Shown: in pieces, positions 1 through 13,617 of the stretch
Numbering within the stretch: position 1 is the first letter of the stretch
How the letters are laid out: each line of letters begins with the position of its first letter
Origin: the human T2T-CHM13v2.0 reference genome, Homo sapiens
DNA length: 64,000 nucleotides
Assembly (NCBI RefSeq): GCF_009914755.1
Contig: NC_060933.1
Strand: one strand, 5' to 3'
Notes under the pieces: generated by a model
What the model was told of the DNA's origin: nothing
What the model saw: the letters and a program-made list of their open reading frames with translations, nothing else
Database searches by the model: none
Translations under genes and position numbers: made by a program

Positions 1-1175
1 ACAGTTATAGGTGAAGAAAGGTGAAAAAGGGTGATGGGAAGGGAGTGATTGAAACAAAGATGCCACAGCGCCCTAAAGCTACTCCTTCCTCACATCAAAG
101 TCCTGGGCGCACTCCTTTCTTCCCTGCCACACACACTCTACTGCATTTTCAGTGCCTGGTGCACATTAGAAATGCAGAGCTCATCAGAGTGTAATTTTTT
201 CAACACAATGAACCTGCTTATATAATGGAAAAAAATCTTCTAGAAGATTTTGACAGGAAACTCTTAAAAATTTATTTTTAACTGTGTGAGTCAAAATCTA
301 AATTACAGAGCTTAAGAAAGTAAAGAATATATACCAACCAAGTATTTAAGTTTGTGTGTGCATGCTTATAAACACACCTCTCCTTTCTTATTATGTGAGA
401 TTGAGCAGAGATCAAGCACCTGAAGTTCTAATTCTGTCCCAGAAAAGCATTCCCTTCCCAGGCTGTCACATCACATGCTCAGACACCCAAGTGACTCCAT
501 CTCCCCAGATGCATGAAAGCCAGTTCTCTCAGCTCATCTTCTCCCTAGCTCCCACCCCTGGAAGCTGTTAGACATTTTGGAAGCTGTGCCTTTGGCTCCT
601 GTCCAAGGAACAGTTATTTCCCACTTGTGGCCCTGAAGAGTTCATGGGAGCCTCCCAAAATATGTTGCTCTCTTCCTAGGAGTAGTTTTTGTCCTGGGAG
701 ACCTGAGATACATAAAAATTTAAAATCAGTTTCCACTTCGAGAAGGGAAAATGAGTGATGTATTAATATTAGAGCCATTGTCTTGCTGCTTGCCAGAGCA
801 AAAGAAAACCTCTCTGGCTACACTCAACTGTGTATCCTGGGGCTTAGGCTTCCAATTAATTTTAACATAAGGAAAAATTCTTAACTCATATCATAAGGGA
901 TCCTTTATTTTCTGGTTCACACTACCTGTCTCTTGTGTGGAGAAATCCAATATAGCCATGAAGAGACAAGGACTCAAACAGGCCATTCTAACTGATGGAA
1001 AGCTTGGACTGTGCCCAATGCAGATGTGTCATCACCCTCTTGGGGAGGTGCTAAGTCCACATACTGGGGCTTGGGGGAAAATGGCAAGATTGCTCCCCAA
1101 AATGTCACTTAGTCTTAAAAGGAGTGACTTTAATTCCTGCCTTTGATGGTGGAGTTGTTGAATCCTCTGAAGCAT

Positions 1176-1184
1176 GCGCACACG

Positions 1185-1228
<44 letters not shown>
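1176..1228. repeat. Compound (CA)n(GA)n microsatellite
   Basis: Direct read: gcgcacacgcacacacacacaca followed by an (GA)n tract. Confidence 0.95.
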
Positions 1229-1233
<5 letters not shown>

Positions 1234-2879
1234 TTTTCCTTTAAGCCTGGAATTCCTCAGGTTTGATTTCAAACTAGAAGAGAAATTTTTGTTGCAGAGA
1301 CAGCTTATAGAGAAATCCTCAGGCTGTTTGGGAATTTCAGCACTTTGAAAAATGAGAATGTGTGGAGGGATTGTTTTTCTTTGCCATGTCTCAGTCCTTT
1401 TTTTCCCTCCCTCATCCACAATTCCAAAAAGAATACCCTTTTATAAGGTCAAGATTTTCATGTGCTTAGTTTTCATGTCAGATTGTTAAGAAAAAATATA
1501 AATTTCTTCATTTTGTATATGCACCATAATTTTTAAAAATACAGAATCTCATACACTTTTGAAACACATTGCTAGAAAAAAAAGCATTATCATATGACTC
1601 AGGTCATAAAGGTTAAGGTTGGGAAAAAAGATTTTCCTTGTGAACATAAAGTTCTTTACTGACTGATGATCCCCACATAAGTGGTTTAAAAGTTTCCCAC
1701 TGTTGCTGAAATAGTAAGTCATGCAAAGATGAGCATAAAACTGGATATTTGTTTTTCATCCTGAAATATGTTCTCCTTGCCACTTTTGACCTTAAATGGA
1801 GTTTCTGCTGTCTCTGATTCACTCTGTTTCTTTTGTGCTCTCTGTAGTAATGTGCTGGGTAGCTCAGATGTGACTGTGATACTGTTTTCAAATATCTGTG
1901 GCCACAAGTAGTTATACTATTTAATGTTCACAGATTCCATATCCTTTTTTCCAGTACTCCTATGTCTTAAATACAAATTTCTTAAAATATGTTTTTATTA
2001 AAAGAACTAGAAAATGATTTTTAAAATGTATGTAAAGGAGATTGCTTACTTAATAGTTCATTTGGTTACCCGAATACAAGGTCATGTGGAAAATCTTCCA
2101 CTTACCACCTCAATCTCTTCTACCCTGGAGCCCATTCTCATTAATTCTGGACAGTTCTGTGAAGAAAGGGGATAGTGCAAAAGGAGAGACAGAGAACAAA
2201 AGATGCTTGAGTTTCAAGGTTGGCTGGCCTGACAAAAGTGTCTAGCCCAATCCCTGCATCCAAAATGTGCATGTGCCTACAACATACCTGGCTTTGCTTA
2301 AATACCACCACTGACATGTAAGGGTAGGGGGCTCTCTTTCCTTATACTACATGCAAATGATGGAAGAGTTGTTTTTCTTAGAATCAGGCTAGTTAACATT
2401 CACAGGAGATTTTTTAACCCCATTTGACATACAAGTTTACCTGTTGATTAGATTATTTTCTGTCTGTACCTGAGGCCTCTAAGCTACATTTGGACAGAGA
2501 GGCTTATGTTTTGTTCCCAGCTTTATTGCAGACACTTTATTGCAGACACATATTGCAAGCACTGTGTTAGTGCTTGATATAGTACGCAAATACCTGTGGA
2601 AAATGTCTATGAATGTGCCTCTGCTCATTTCATAGAAGTTCAGGTGTTTGGAGATGGCTACCTAAGTAGTAAAATTAAAGAATGGTGCCTGATGACCATG
2701 TTCCTTGGTCATGAGCTATTGGATGCTGGTGGCTGTGACCTACTGATGGGGTCAGCTGAACATTGCATGGCCACATTTTGCCACACCCTGGTCAACAGGT
2801 CAGTTGATCTCTTAGATTCTTAGAATTTGGGTTCCTAAATTCTCTGGTGGAGTTCAGAATCGGCATTTCAAAAGAAATT

Positions 2880-3270
2880 TTCTGGGAAATTATGATTTAC
2901 AGTTGGTTTCGCACTGACCTAACAAATGTGATTCATGAACCGGGCAGCACTCAGAACCAGAAGAGGTTCAGACAACCCAGCAGTGTGAGTGGTGAGTTTT
3001 TATAGGTCAGATTCAGTTGTAAAGTAGAGCGATCACCTGATTTGGCTACAACCAGGCGTCTGCCATATTTGAGCGTGGTGCGATGAGTTGGCTGCCTGTA
3101 TTAGGCTGGAACCTGACTGCTTGTGATTGGCTGAAACTCAGCGGTTTGCTATATTCCTAAGTCAGGTTTTGGTTTGTTTTCATATTCAATTAGGTTGCAG
3201 TTTCTTACATAGGAACTCAAAGTACAGAGACAGCTGCAGTCTAATGGCCTCCTGCTTATTTAATTTAACA
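2880..3270 (-). mobile_element. ERV1 solo LTR, MER57/MER93-like
   Basis: Reverse complement starts TGTTAAATTAAATAAGCAGGAGGCCATTAGAC...GAGTTCCTATGTAAGAAACTGCAACCTAA, typical of the MER57/MER93 5' end. Left boundary approximate. Confidence 0.6.
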
Positions 3271-4298
3271 TCTCAGTATTATACTGATGATATAAACAGA
3301 ATGCTGTGGGGATACAAAGGAGGGAACAACAAACTTGCTTGAGGGTAAAATCCAGCAGCTCTAACTCTGAAGCAATGACAATATAGTTAGGGAGAAATCA
3401 CTCCAGTCACTGACTTGCCTGTGGATCCCATTTCTTGATAATCCCTAGAAAGATGTCTTGGAGGTCTTTGAAGAAACATTTAGATTTGTACTAGTGGAGA
3501 AGAAATGAAAGGGTTTTGAAAGCAGAGAGAATAACTAAAGCAAAGTGTGAACATCTTATGTTCATGGATATATAAGACTAGGATGAGGAAGAGTGGGTGC
3601 TAATTCTAAGTCAGTTGCCTAACATGCATCATAAATTGCAGAATATGAGCACTTTAAAAAACAATCTATTTAAAAAAAAAAAAACTTGTGGATGTCCCAG
3701 GATAATGACTTGGTGCTTTTCCATTTAGGGAATCATGTCTCAGAGTCATTTCTGTGCCAATAGTTTTTGACAAATAATAAAATCTCAAAAAATGTTTGAT
3801 GAAGGACTATTTTACCCACCTGAGGGAAATGATGATCTTTTTATTTGTAATGAATTAGGCTACATAAAATCTAGGAGATGCTGGTAGTTATCTTGAGACC
3901 AGGAAGAACATTTTAAGGGGAAGCTACAATCCAAAGGAAGACAGATCCAACTCAAAGATAAAACAATTCCTGGGGATATTACTGAGCTGCTGAGTTGAGA
4001 TGATTCTAAAGTCAGAATATAGCCAACACATTCCATTTATTGCATTTTTCTTTCAGCTTTATTATTAGATATTTCAAACCTGAAGAAAAGAATAGAAAAA
4101 TAATATAAGGCATATTGGTATACTTACAGCCCAGCATTTTAAAACTGTTAGAATTTCTTCTGCATTTTTCTTAGAGAAATCAATCATTAAAGGTGCTGTT
4201 GAAATTCTTTCTATAGCATCACTTGATCCAATGTCCCTACCTTCTGGTCCTCTTTAGAATTACCTGCTTTCCAGATGTGGGATGTGCAATTCCCATTA

Positions 4299-4700
4299 TG
4301 TTAGGGCCCAGCTGCTGTAACAAAGACACACAATGCTTCAGCAGTTTCTAGAATACATCTTTGTTTGTTACTTAGCCCCAGTATGAGCAATGCAGGAAGG
4401 AGAGGCAGTGCTCTCCCACAGGGTCTTCCAGGGAACATCGTTCTTTCCTCTTGTAACTTCATCGTCCCCGGACTGTCATCACCTGCATGATTGAAGCTGA
4501 GTCCCTGCCACTTCCCGGTTCCAGATGGTGGGAAGGGGTGGAGAGTTTGAAAGGGGCACATCCATGTCTTAAGACACAAATGCTTAAGTAGCACACACCC
4601 CTTCCTTTTGCATTCCGTGGGAGAGAACTTAGTCACCCCACCACAGAGCAGTCATGGGAGAGGAGAAATATGGACTATAGTAAGGCTACTGCATGCCTTA
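4299..4700 (-). mobile_element. Old MaLR LTR (MLT1K/L-like)
   Basis: Motifs cagctgctgtaacaaa and cttccttttgcattcc...agaacttagtcac are characteristic of antisense old MLT1 elements. Confidence 0.5.
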
Positions 4701-4929
4701 CTGGAACTCTATTACAATGGAGGTAGAGAAGAGTGGGTTTTGTAGACAACCAGGAGTCTGTGCTGTTGTACTATAGCCCATTCCTTGATACTACCACTAC
4801 CTGCATACACATACCTCAATGCTAGAAAGGAAAATGGCCAACTAGCATAGGCCACCCAAACCCAGACATGCCAAAGGAGTCGCAGTGAATGCAGGCATGC
4901 TTCTTTCTCAGCCCAGTGGGGAAACTTCT

Positions 4930-6400
4930 GAAATCTCATTACTAAATATGATGTTTGCTGTAGTTGTTTCATGTATGCCCTTATCATGTGAAGGCTTCTT
5001 TTCAGTTTTGTTTTGCTAAGGGTTTTTAACTTTTTAGTCATGAATAAGGGAAGATTTCCATTTTATGGTTTTTGGGGATCTATTGAGACGATTATACAAT
5101 TTTTTCACCTTAATCTGTTAATGGTGTGTATTGCATTGACAGAGTTTCTAGTGTTGATCCAGACTTATATTACTGGGATAAACCCTACTTTGTCATTGTA
5201 TATTTTTACTGCTGAATCCAGTTTTCTGCATTTTATTTAGGATTTTTGCATTCATGATTATAAGTAAGATTGGTCTGTAATTGTCTTTTCTTGTACTGTT
5301 CTGTCTAGTTTCCATATCAAAGTTCTGTTAGCTTCATAAAATTATATGGGTAGCTAAACTTTTAAAATATAGACTCTGCAAATGTTTGTACTAGAAGTGG
5401 AATGTTTGTTCCTTAAAGTTTCCAAAAACTTGCCAGTAAAACAGTCTGGGCCTTTTGCTTTTGGAGGGTAGTATTTTGATTCCTGATTCAACTTGTTGAG
5501 TTGAATCAAGTAGTTTATTTTAAGTGTCCTTAAAAATAAAATATTTGTATATAAGGCTATAATTTTACCTATAGGCATGATTTTCCTGCATTCCACAAGC
5601 CTTGATATATATGACCTGTGTCATTCATAATTCTCACTGTGATTTTTCTTTTTAACTCATATAGTAGGCTGAATAATGCTTCCTCTACAAATATATGTAT
5701 GTATGTATACACACATACATGCACACACATCTCTTTCTGTACATATCCTAATTCCTGGAATTTATGACATGGCAAAAAGGCAAATTCTCCCCTAGAGCCT
5801 CCAGAGGGAGCGTTGCCCTGACATCTTGATTTCAGGCTGGTGATATTGATTTCAGACTTCTGGTCTCCAGAACTGTAAGAGAATATATTTCTGTTATGTT
5901 CAGCTACCAAGTTTGTGGTAATTTGTAATAGCAGCAATAGGAAACCAATACGCCTATGAATTATTTGAAAGCACATTTCTAAGTTGCCTAATCCATATTT
6001 AGCCTATTCGTATTCCATTTTTTGCTGATTTCTACTTTAATTGCTTTTATTTGGAAACCATTATTTGCAATACTTTGATCATTTGAAACTTGTAGACAAT
6101 TTCTCTTTGATCTATACATAGTACATTTTTATAGTTTATATGTACCTGAAAATAAAATATATTCTTCATTTGGAGTTGTAGGATTGTTTCTGTATTTATT
6201 AGAACAAAGTTTTTACTTTCCTGTTCATATTTTTTATATTCTTTCCAATTTAGTGTCTTCTCAACCAATTATTTCTGATGCATACTAAAATATCCCAATT
6301 GGTTTGTGGATTAGTCAATTTCTCCTTTTCATTACATCAGTTCTTGCTTTTTGTATTTTAAGTCTATGTTGTTAGATGCATACAATAACATAACTTTTAT
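4930..6400 (-). mobile_element. Degraded L1M ORF2 fragments
   Basis: T-rich antisense L1 motifs (aatatgatgtttgctgtag, ggatttttgcattcatg...gattggtctgtaatt, ccagtaaaacagtctgggcct); interrupted. Confidence 0.65.
5768..5951 (+). mobile_element. MLT1C/D LTR 3' fragment
   Basis: ttctcccctagagcctccagaggg...ctccagaactgtaagagaata...gcagcaataggaaaccaatac is the MLT1 3' end. Confidence 0.8.
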
Positions 6401-8059
6401 CTGTCCTCTCTCTGAGCCCCTGAGTCCCTAGTTCTATGTCAGTGATGTTTTCTGTTCCTGTCCCATGTCATGTCACCATGTCACCAAGTCAGTGAGTGAA
6501 TTGACAGAAGTCCTATTCAAGATGCTGTGCCTTTAGCTTTTCCCTTCTAGTCTCATAAATTTGTAGCCTCAAGACCCACCCAGGCCCTAGCATCAAGCAG
6601 TGAACTGGCCTTCTTTGCATGCAGTAATGCGACCCAGGCCAAACTCTTGGTCAATGCTGCTTTCTTCTATAACTCTGACCCTTTGTATTATTTTTCCATT
6701 TGTGGCCTTTAGATGTATTTATGTGGCTTTGAGCCCCAACTATACCTTTTCTTTTCCAGTATACTTTCAGGTATTTAGAGGAGTGTCCAGAGCCATCCTT
6801 CCTGGAAGTATTCCTGTATTATTTAAACTAGTTTGAGTAGCATGTTCTGTTATTTGCCACTCAATGACATGATATTATGCCCTCCATTTTACAGATTTAA
6901 AAACTGAGGCAGAAAAGCTAAATACTATCCCAAAGCCACATAGCTCACAAGCAAACAATCCAGAAAATTCATTTAAGTCACCTTGCTGCAAAGTCTAGGT
7001 TCTCTTTCTTTCACCATACTGCTTCCAAAATAACATTTCTGGAGTCCTTTAACCACACGTGGACCAGCACAGCTGCATCCCATCCTCCACTTGCTGCTGC
7101 CTCTTGTGCTGTCGACACCCATGATCCTAGCTTGTTGCATTGATGGCAACCCCATAGCCAGGTTAAGCTGATACTGCCAGCTCTGGGGTTTTCTGATAAT
7201 TTTTACTTTTCTGACTTTGTCTGGATCACATGCTTCCTGTGTGCCTGCCATGGAGAGCACACAGCCACACTGTGTTCACAGGCCACTCTCTACCAACCAA
7301 TCATCCATAAAACAGACTCCAATAAGCATAGCAGGTCTCTTGAAAATGGCCTTCTCTGCAATGTCTGAATCTCTTCTTGCAAAAGCTTTTGAAGGACTCT
7401 CAAATATGACTACATATACCCTTCATCATCAGAGAAAATTAATACTCTCGCCTGCCTGGTTCCCCATCATTACTTTTCTCTCAGCCTCAACATTCAGCCA
7501 ATTACAGCCATTTCAAAGGAATAGATTTCCATTTTCTGATCCTTTTGTTTAATGTAACTGTCCCGAAATTTGGGCCAGGCAGCATTCTTTCTTTTCCTTT
7601 CTTTTTTCTTCCCATTGACTTAGACAAGAAACTGCTGTGTATTATTTTCCCTCCTCTCTTGGTAAGATGATATTCACCACATTGGCCAAATGAGCAGAAC
7701 TGGAAGTGCTCCATACCCCTAAGAAACCTTCCAGTTATCATAGCATGCAGTCAGCAGATATGAATACATATAAAGTTAAAATTAAATCAGCTCCAGGAAT
7801 GTGCTTTCCAGTGTGTATAAATAGTTCTTTCAACAATGAACTCTTTTCTGACTTAAAAAATAGCATAGTAATGTATTTTATAAAATTAGATTGATAGTGA
7901 ACCTTAAGTATAGAATTAAGGGCATGTGTGATAATACCAGAATACCCAAGTAAGATTAGACCCATTTTGTTAATGAAATGATTGTATCATAGCAAGTTAA
8001 GAATGAAATTGGTTTCCCAAAGAGCCTTCCATGGAACACTTGTCTCATGAGATGGATGT

Positions 8060-8530
8060 TCTCTGAACTAACATATATGGGATAGAAACAGACACCTCTA
8101 GTGCACAATTCCAGATTCTCTCAGCCTCAGCTGTCTCTTCAAGCCAGCAACTGTGGTGTGACTGCCTCTGTGCAGGCTTTGCCCAGCTTCCTGCAGGTGC
8201 TGATGTTGTGCTTGTTGTGCTTACACAGTGGGGATACCTGGGTCTGGAGGGTACAGTCCTGCAGGGTGAACTTTAATTAACTGTGGAGAGAATCAGTAGA
8301 TAACTGCCACCCCTTCCTTTCTCCAGTAGACAGCCCCACACCCATTTCCTCCAGCTCTTGGAGACATCTCCCCAGAGGTGCCTGGATCTAGGACACACTT
8401 AGCACTGGCTCTCCCTCTGCTGGCCCAATCCCTGGCCTTCTCTCAGGCTCCCTGGACCACAGTAGCCAATGGAAAGCTTGCACTTAAGCCTTGTTTCAAG
8501 CCCTCCTTTCTGGGAAACCCAGGCAAAACA
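8060..8530 (+). mobile_element. ERVL LTR (LTR16-like)
   Basis: Ends with cttgcacttaagccttgtttcaagccctcctttctgggaaacccaggcaaaaca, resembling the LTR16 3' terminus. Confidence 0.55.
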
Positions 8531-8859
8531 TGTAATTCCAAAACATTCGCACATGGGAAATACCACGCACCATATCCCATTTCTGAAAAGCCATGTTGCC
8601 TGTTAGCTTCTTAAAGGTTCTGAGGAATCCTGCACCTAAACAAAGAAAACAAAACAACGCAAAAACTTTTGCTTACTATTTAACTTTGTTTACCAAAATT
8701 ACCAAATTATCAAACTTATTTTACCATGAAACACAGTTGAAAAACAGCTCTTCAAATCTGGGTGTGTAAGAAACACACCTTGGCAAATGCAAATCTAGAG
8801 CTTGCTATACCCACATTGAGGATTTAGGGCGTTTCTGAGAGTTTATTTACATGCGTGCT

Positions 8860-9327
8860 TGTGGTGGGTTGAATGATGATTCTCAGAAAGGTATTTCCAT
8901 ATCCTAATGCCTAGAACCTGTGAAGGTGACCTTACCTGGAAAAAGGATCTTTGCTGATGTTTTTAAGTTAAGGATCTTAAGAAGAGAAAATCATCTTGGG
9001 ATAACTGCGGTAAGCCCTAGTTCCAAGGACAAGTGTCATTATCAGAGAAAGAGGAGGCGATGACACAGGGTACAGAGAGAAAGGCCATGTAACCACACGG
9101 GCCTTGGATTGGATTGATGCAGCCACAAGCCAAGGAGTGGCTGGAACCTCCAACAGCGGCAAGGGGCAAGGAAATTTTCTTCCCTAGAGCCCTTGGAAGG
9201 TGTACATCCTGGCTGATATCCTGATTTTGGACTTCGAGCATTTCCAGTTGCGAGAAAATAAATTTCTGTTGTTTTAAGTCACTCAGTTTATGATACTTTC
9301 TTACGGTAGCCACAGGAAACCAACACA
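8860..9327 (+). mobile_element. MLT1C solo LTR, full length
   Basis: TG...CA termini (tgtggtgggttgaat ... cacaggaaaccaacaca) with internal MLT1C motifs. Confidence 0.85.
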
Positions 9328-9698
9328 GGTGCCTTGTGCCCAGTGGAAGAGACATTTAGAAGGGAACTGCCTTGTCACTCAGACGACTGAATTTGGAGTT
9401 GTTCAAGTCCCAGAGTGCTCTCTTTAGGGGCTTGTTTTTGTGCACACAGATTCTGAACACAAGGTCTATTTCAGGGCAGGGCAGAGTTGAGGAGAGGAGG
9501 CAGCTAAGAGGGATCCAGCACCTGGGAGACTCAGCTCTGCCTTGCCCAGCACCTGAGCACAGTGCACATCAGTCCATGGCCCTGGATCTGGGGTTTCCTC
9601 ATTTGTGAAAGGTACTGTGTCATTACTAGCTTCCCCTCCAGCTCCAAAGTTCTGGGATCAGCTACAAGAATCCTTAAACAACAAGTTCTTCCCATGTG

Positions 9699-10046
9699 TT
9701 TTATTTTATTTTATTTTATTTTATTTTATTTTATTTTATTTGAGACGGAGTCTCACTCTGTCACCCAGGCTGCAGTGCAATGGCGCAGTCTCAGCTCACT
9801 GCAACCACTACCTCATGGTTCAAGCAATTCTCCTGCCTCAGCCTGCAGAGCAGCTGGGATAACAGGCATGCACCCCCATGCCGGGTTTTTTTGGTGTTTT
9901 TTGTTTGTTTTTTTTTTTTGTATTTTTAGTAGAGATGGGGTCTCACCATGTTGGCCAGGCTGGTCTCCAACTCCTGACCTCAAGTAATCCACCCGCCACA
10001 GCCTCCCAAAGTACTGGTATTACAGGTGTGAGCCACTGCACCTGGC
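9699..10046 (-). mobile_element. Alu (AluS-type) with (TTTTA)n tail
   Basis: Antisense dimeric Alu: tgagacggagtctcactctgtcacccaggctg...agccactgcacctggc. Confidence 0.95.
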
Positions 10047-10536
10047 ATGGGTATGGAAGGGAGGGGATCAGGGATGTGATTAATACATGAAAGTTGATTC
10101 AAACTAAGGCTCATCCAATATTAATGCCCAGACAATGCCAGCTCCTCTTATTTTCCACTTTGATTGAGTTAAATTTGGAATGACTATGGGGGCTACAAGT
10201 GCTTTTAAAAATTGGGGTAACAGTGGCTGAGTTGTCCTCAGTATAACTAGACCCTGCCATTAATTCCCTTCTAACACTTCACTTCTATTAGCTATTTATG
10301 AAGAAACACATGAGCAGCAGCCTCTATTGCAAACCCTTTTATAAATATAGATTTTCTGAACTTTCTGCAAAGATGTGACTTCTGTTATCTCACTTTTCTT
10401 GATGAGGTGTTTGAGGTGCCAGGAACCCATGGGGAGATGGGACAGATAAAACTCTAATGCAAAGACTCACTTACCATTAGTCTTCTTTTGGAAATACAGA
10501 TGTCCCATTTTAGTGTTGCTTTTAAAACCTGTGACT

Positions 10537-10846
10537 GGCCAGGCACGGTGAATCATTCCTGTAATCAATCCCAGCACTTTGGGAGGCAGAAGTGGGAGGA
10601 TCACTTGAGCCCAGGAGTTCAAGACCAGCCTGGGCAACATGGAAAAACCCCATCTCTACAAAAAATACAAAAATTAGCCTGGTGTGGTGGCACATGCCTG
10701 TAGTCCCAGATACTTGGGAGGCTGAGGTGGGAGGATCCACTTGAACCTGGGAGGTCGAGGTTCCAGGGATCGTACCACTGCATTCCAGCCTGGGCAATAG
10801 AGGAAGACTCTGTCTCAAATAAATAAACAAATATGAATAAAAATAA
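10537..10846 (+). mobile_element. AluJ
   Basis: J diagnostic ggaggatcacttgagcccaggagttcaagaccagcctgggcaacat; degenerate TSD taaaacctKtgac. Confidence 0.92.
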
Positions 10847-11629
10847 AACCTTTGACCTATGACTATTTTAGAAAAGTCAAATTAATTTTTTATAAGTTGA
10901 ACTGTATTTACTTGAGCTGTTTACAATTTACAGGTAGCAAAGAGTAAACCAGCAGGTAGTTATTTGTGGATGAGAATCAGTCTCCTTGGGGGCCCCTGCC
11001 CCTGTCTTAGAGCGGGGTGCACCTGCGTGCCCACCTATCCTTTCTCTCTATTGCGAAGCTGTGCAGTGTTGGCCCTTCCTGCTCTGCCAACCTGCTGGCA
11101 GCCCTGTACAGGGTTTTGCAGGACAGCCTCCAGGCTATAGTAAGCAGCAGAGATTCTTGATAATGGGCCAGATGGAAAACACAGTGACAGCTTTGGATTC
11201 CTTCCAGGGCCTAGAAAGGCAGCACTACAGATACAATCACTTCTCCATAGGGACTTTAGAAAAGAAAAAAAGTTACTAACATCTCTAAAATCTTTCCACA
11301 GAGTCAGAAGTAAACAGACTTAGCAAGGAGCATATATTTCATGAGGACATCTTCACAGGGCATTCGCAGGATGTCAGAATCATGGCCTTGGTGGAATGAA
11401 GGAAACGCAGGACAGGAAACAAGGAGGCCTGAAGTGCAGCCCTGGCCGGCCCCTCCACGCTCTGGGCAGCACCGCAAGCAGACCCCTCGCCACACGGAGC
11501 CCTCACTCTTCCTCTGTAGAAGGAGGGGAGGAGACCAGATTCTCGGGGTTACTGTGAGGACACATGCGATGGAAGGAAATGTAGTTTGTCAAGATGGCAT
11601 CTGTCATACATATGCAAAATGTCATTAGG

Positions 11630-11917
11630 GGCCGGGTGTAGTGGCTCATGCCTGTAATCCCAGCACTTTGGGAGGCTAAGGCGGGTGGATCACCTGAGGT
11701 CAGGAGTTTGAGACCAGCCTGGCCAACATGGTGAAACCCCATCTCTACTAAAAATACAAAAATTAGCCGGGCTTGGTGGCATGCACCTATAATCCCAGCT
11801 ACTCGGGAGGCTGAGGCAGGAGAATCACTTGAACCTGGGGGTGGAGGTTGCAGTGAGCCGAGATCATGCCACTTCACTCCAGCTTGGGCAAAAGAGCAAG
11901 ACTCTGTCTTAAAAAAA
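11630..11917 (+). mobile_element. AluSx-type
   Basis: Full dimer with ggatcacctgaggtcaggagtt; TSD aaaWtgtcattagg on both sides. Confidence 0.95.
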
Positions 11918-12859
11918 GAAATTGTCATTAGGGAAGATCCCAGAGAGCACTTCCCTGAGAGGGGCATGAGTTGTTCTTGGATGATTCTCTATGAAGAAGC
12001 AGGAGGGCACCCTACATGTCCAAATTTCCTTTTTCGAGAAAACAGGGTAGTATTGAGATTCTTTACCTTATGAGGTAGCCAAACACTTACATGTACTGTG
12101 GCCAACGTGAGTATGCAGTGACTACAGATTGTTCTCAGAATAATTTGTGATTAAGGGACCTGTGGTGATCTCATGGGGTTACATCCAAGAGTTAGAGAGC
12201 TCCGCTTGGGTGACAGAACAAAAGAAGGGTAAAACCTGAAGACTCCCACTCATCAGAAGGTTACGAATCTACAGCTGCCATCACTCTCCTCCCTCCCCTT
12301 TGTTCTTGGAAAAATATGTCATCAAGTGGAGCAAGAAAGCTGAACAATTTTTCCCATAGAAATTATGCATAATTATGGGTCTGTGTTCCTGGTCAAGAAC
12401 TTGGCATTAAATGGACTATTGATATGCTGCAAACAGAAAGACAGCACGACCGCACGTCACTACATTTCTTTAAACTAAGAATATTATGTTCTGGATGGTA
12501 AACAGTTCCAGCCAGAAGGAATCTGAAAGGTGGCCAAGGCCAACATCTCACTTCAGAAAAACAAACTGAGGTCCAAAGTATCTCCTCTGGTCACATGGCT
12601 AGGTCACCCAGGGGCTCCTGATTCGATATTTTTTCATACCCTGCTCTTCCTTTGTGAAAAAAAGATCAGTATGAAGACCGTGCTATCCCCTCAACTATTC
12701 AAAAGGGTGAATAGGTGAGGAAAACGCAACTCAGGGGGTTTTAAAAACTTGCTTGAAGTTGCATGGCTCTGAACCATCTAAAATTAATTGGTATTTATTA
12801 TGGCCACTAGAGTAACCACTGACTAATGTAGTCTGAAGCTAGGCACTTAATCTCAAGCC

Positions 12860-12980
12860 TTGATACTCAGCAGAGTGGGCTGTGGATCAGCCATGTCAGT
12901 GTCCCCCAGGATCTTGGTAGAAATCCAGACTCTCAGGCCCCATCCCAGACCTCATGCATCAGAATCTGCATTTCAACATT
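12860..12980. mobile_element. MER5A (hAT-Charlie) fragment
   Basis: tagaaatccagactctcaggccccatcccagacct...cagaatctgcatttcaaca. Confidence 0.75.
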
Positions 12981-13446
12981 CCTTCCAGAAGCATTGTTTT
13001 TTTTTTAATTACTATCTATAAAAGAGGCCAGGAAATGGGATGTTCTAGACCTTCCCTTAAAATTCTCTGAATTATTCCCTCGCCTTCTCTAACCCTCCAT
13101 AACCTCCCAATTCTAAAGAAATATTTGAAGGAGAAAAGAGACTGCAAAGTCAGGCTGAAAATCATGGTGAAAGGAAAGTGGACAGGGGCATGCATCTTCT
13201 TATTAGGAATGCTGGTTTCTGAGTGTCAGAAATTGTTTGTTCATTGATGGGCCTTGTCTACTGGAGTGGACAGAGAGCCCTCGACCAGGCATCAAGGGGG
13301 CCTGGGTGATTATCTCTGGCTGCATGTTGGGAAAGCTTAAGTGACTGGCCCAGTCTCCTCCTCTCTACAAGGAAATAATTGGTTTTCTAAGTAACTTTCA
13401 TTGACACTATCAAAATCGGTTGTTAAAAATTATCTAGATGATTGTA

Positions 13447-13617
13447 GCCAGGCATGGTGGTGCGTGACTATGGTCCCACCTATGCAGGAGGCTGGGTTAG
13501 GAGGATCACTTGAGGCCAGAAGGTTGAGGCTGCAGTGAGCTATGATAGTGCCACTGCACTCCTGCCGGGGCAACAGAGCGAGGCTTCATCTCAAAAAATA
13601 AATAGATAAATAAATAA
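13447..13617 (+). mobile_element. FRAM / Alu right-arm monomer
   Basis: Single Alu arm with A-rich tail; taaaaattatct flanks both sides as a TSD. Confidence 0.85.

Noticed and set aside
9562-11967. ORFs of 100-154 aa (also near 16943, 24173, 44636, 61809)
   Set aside because: Typical Alu-derived translations (e.g. [15 protein letters not shown]).
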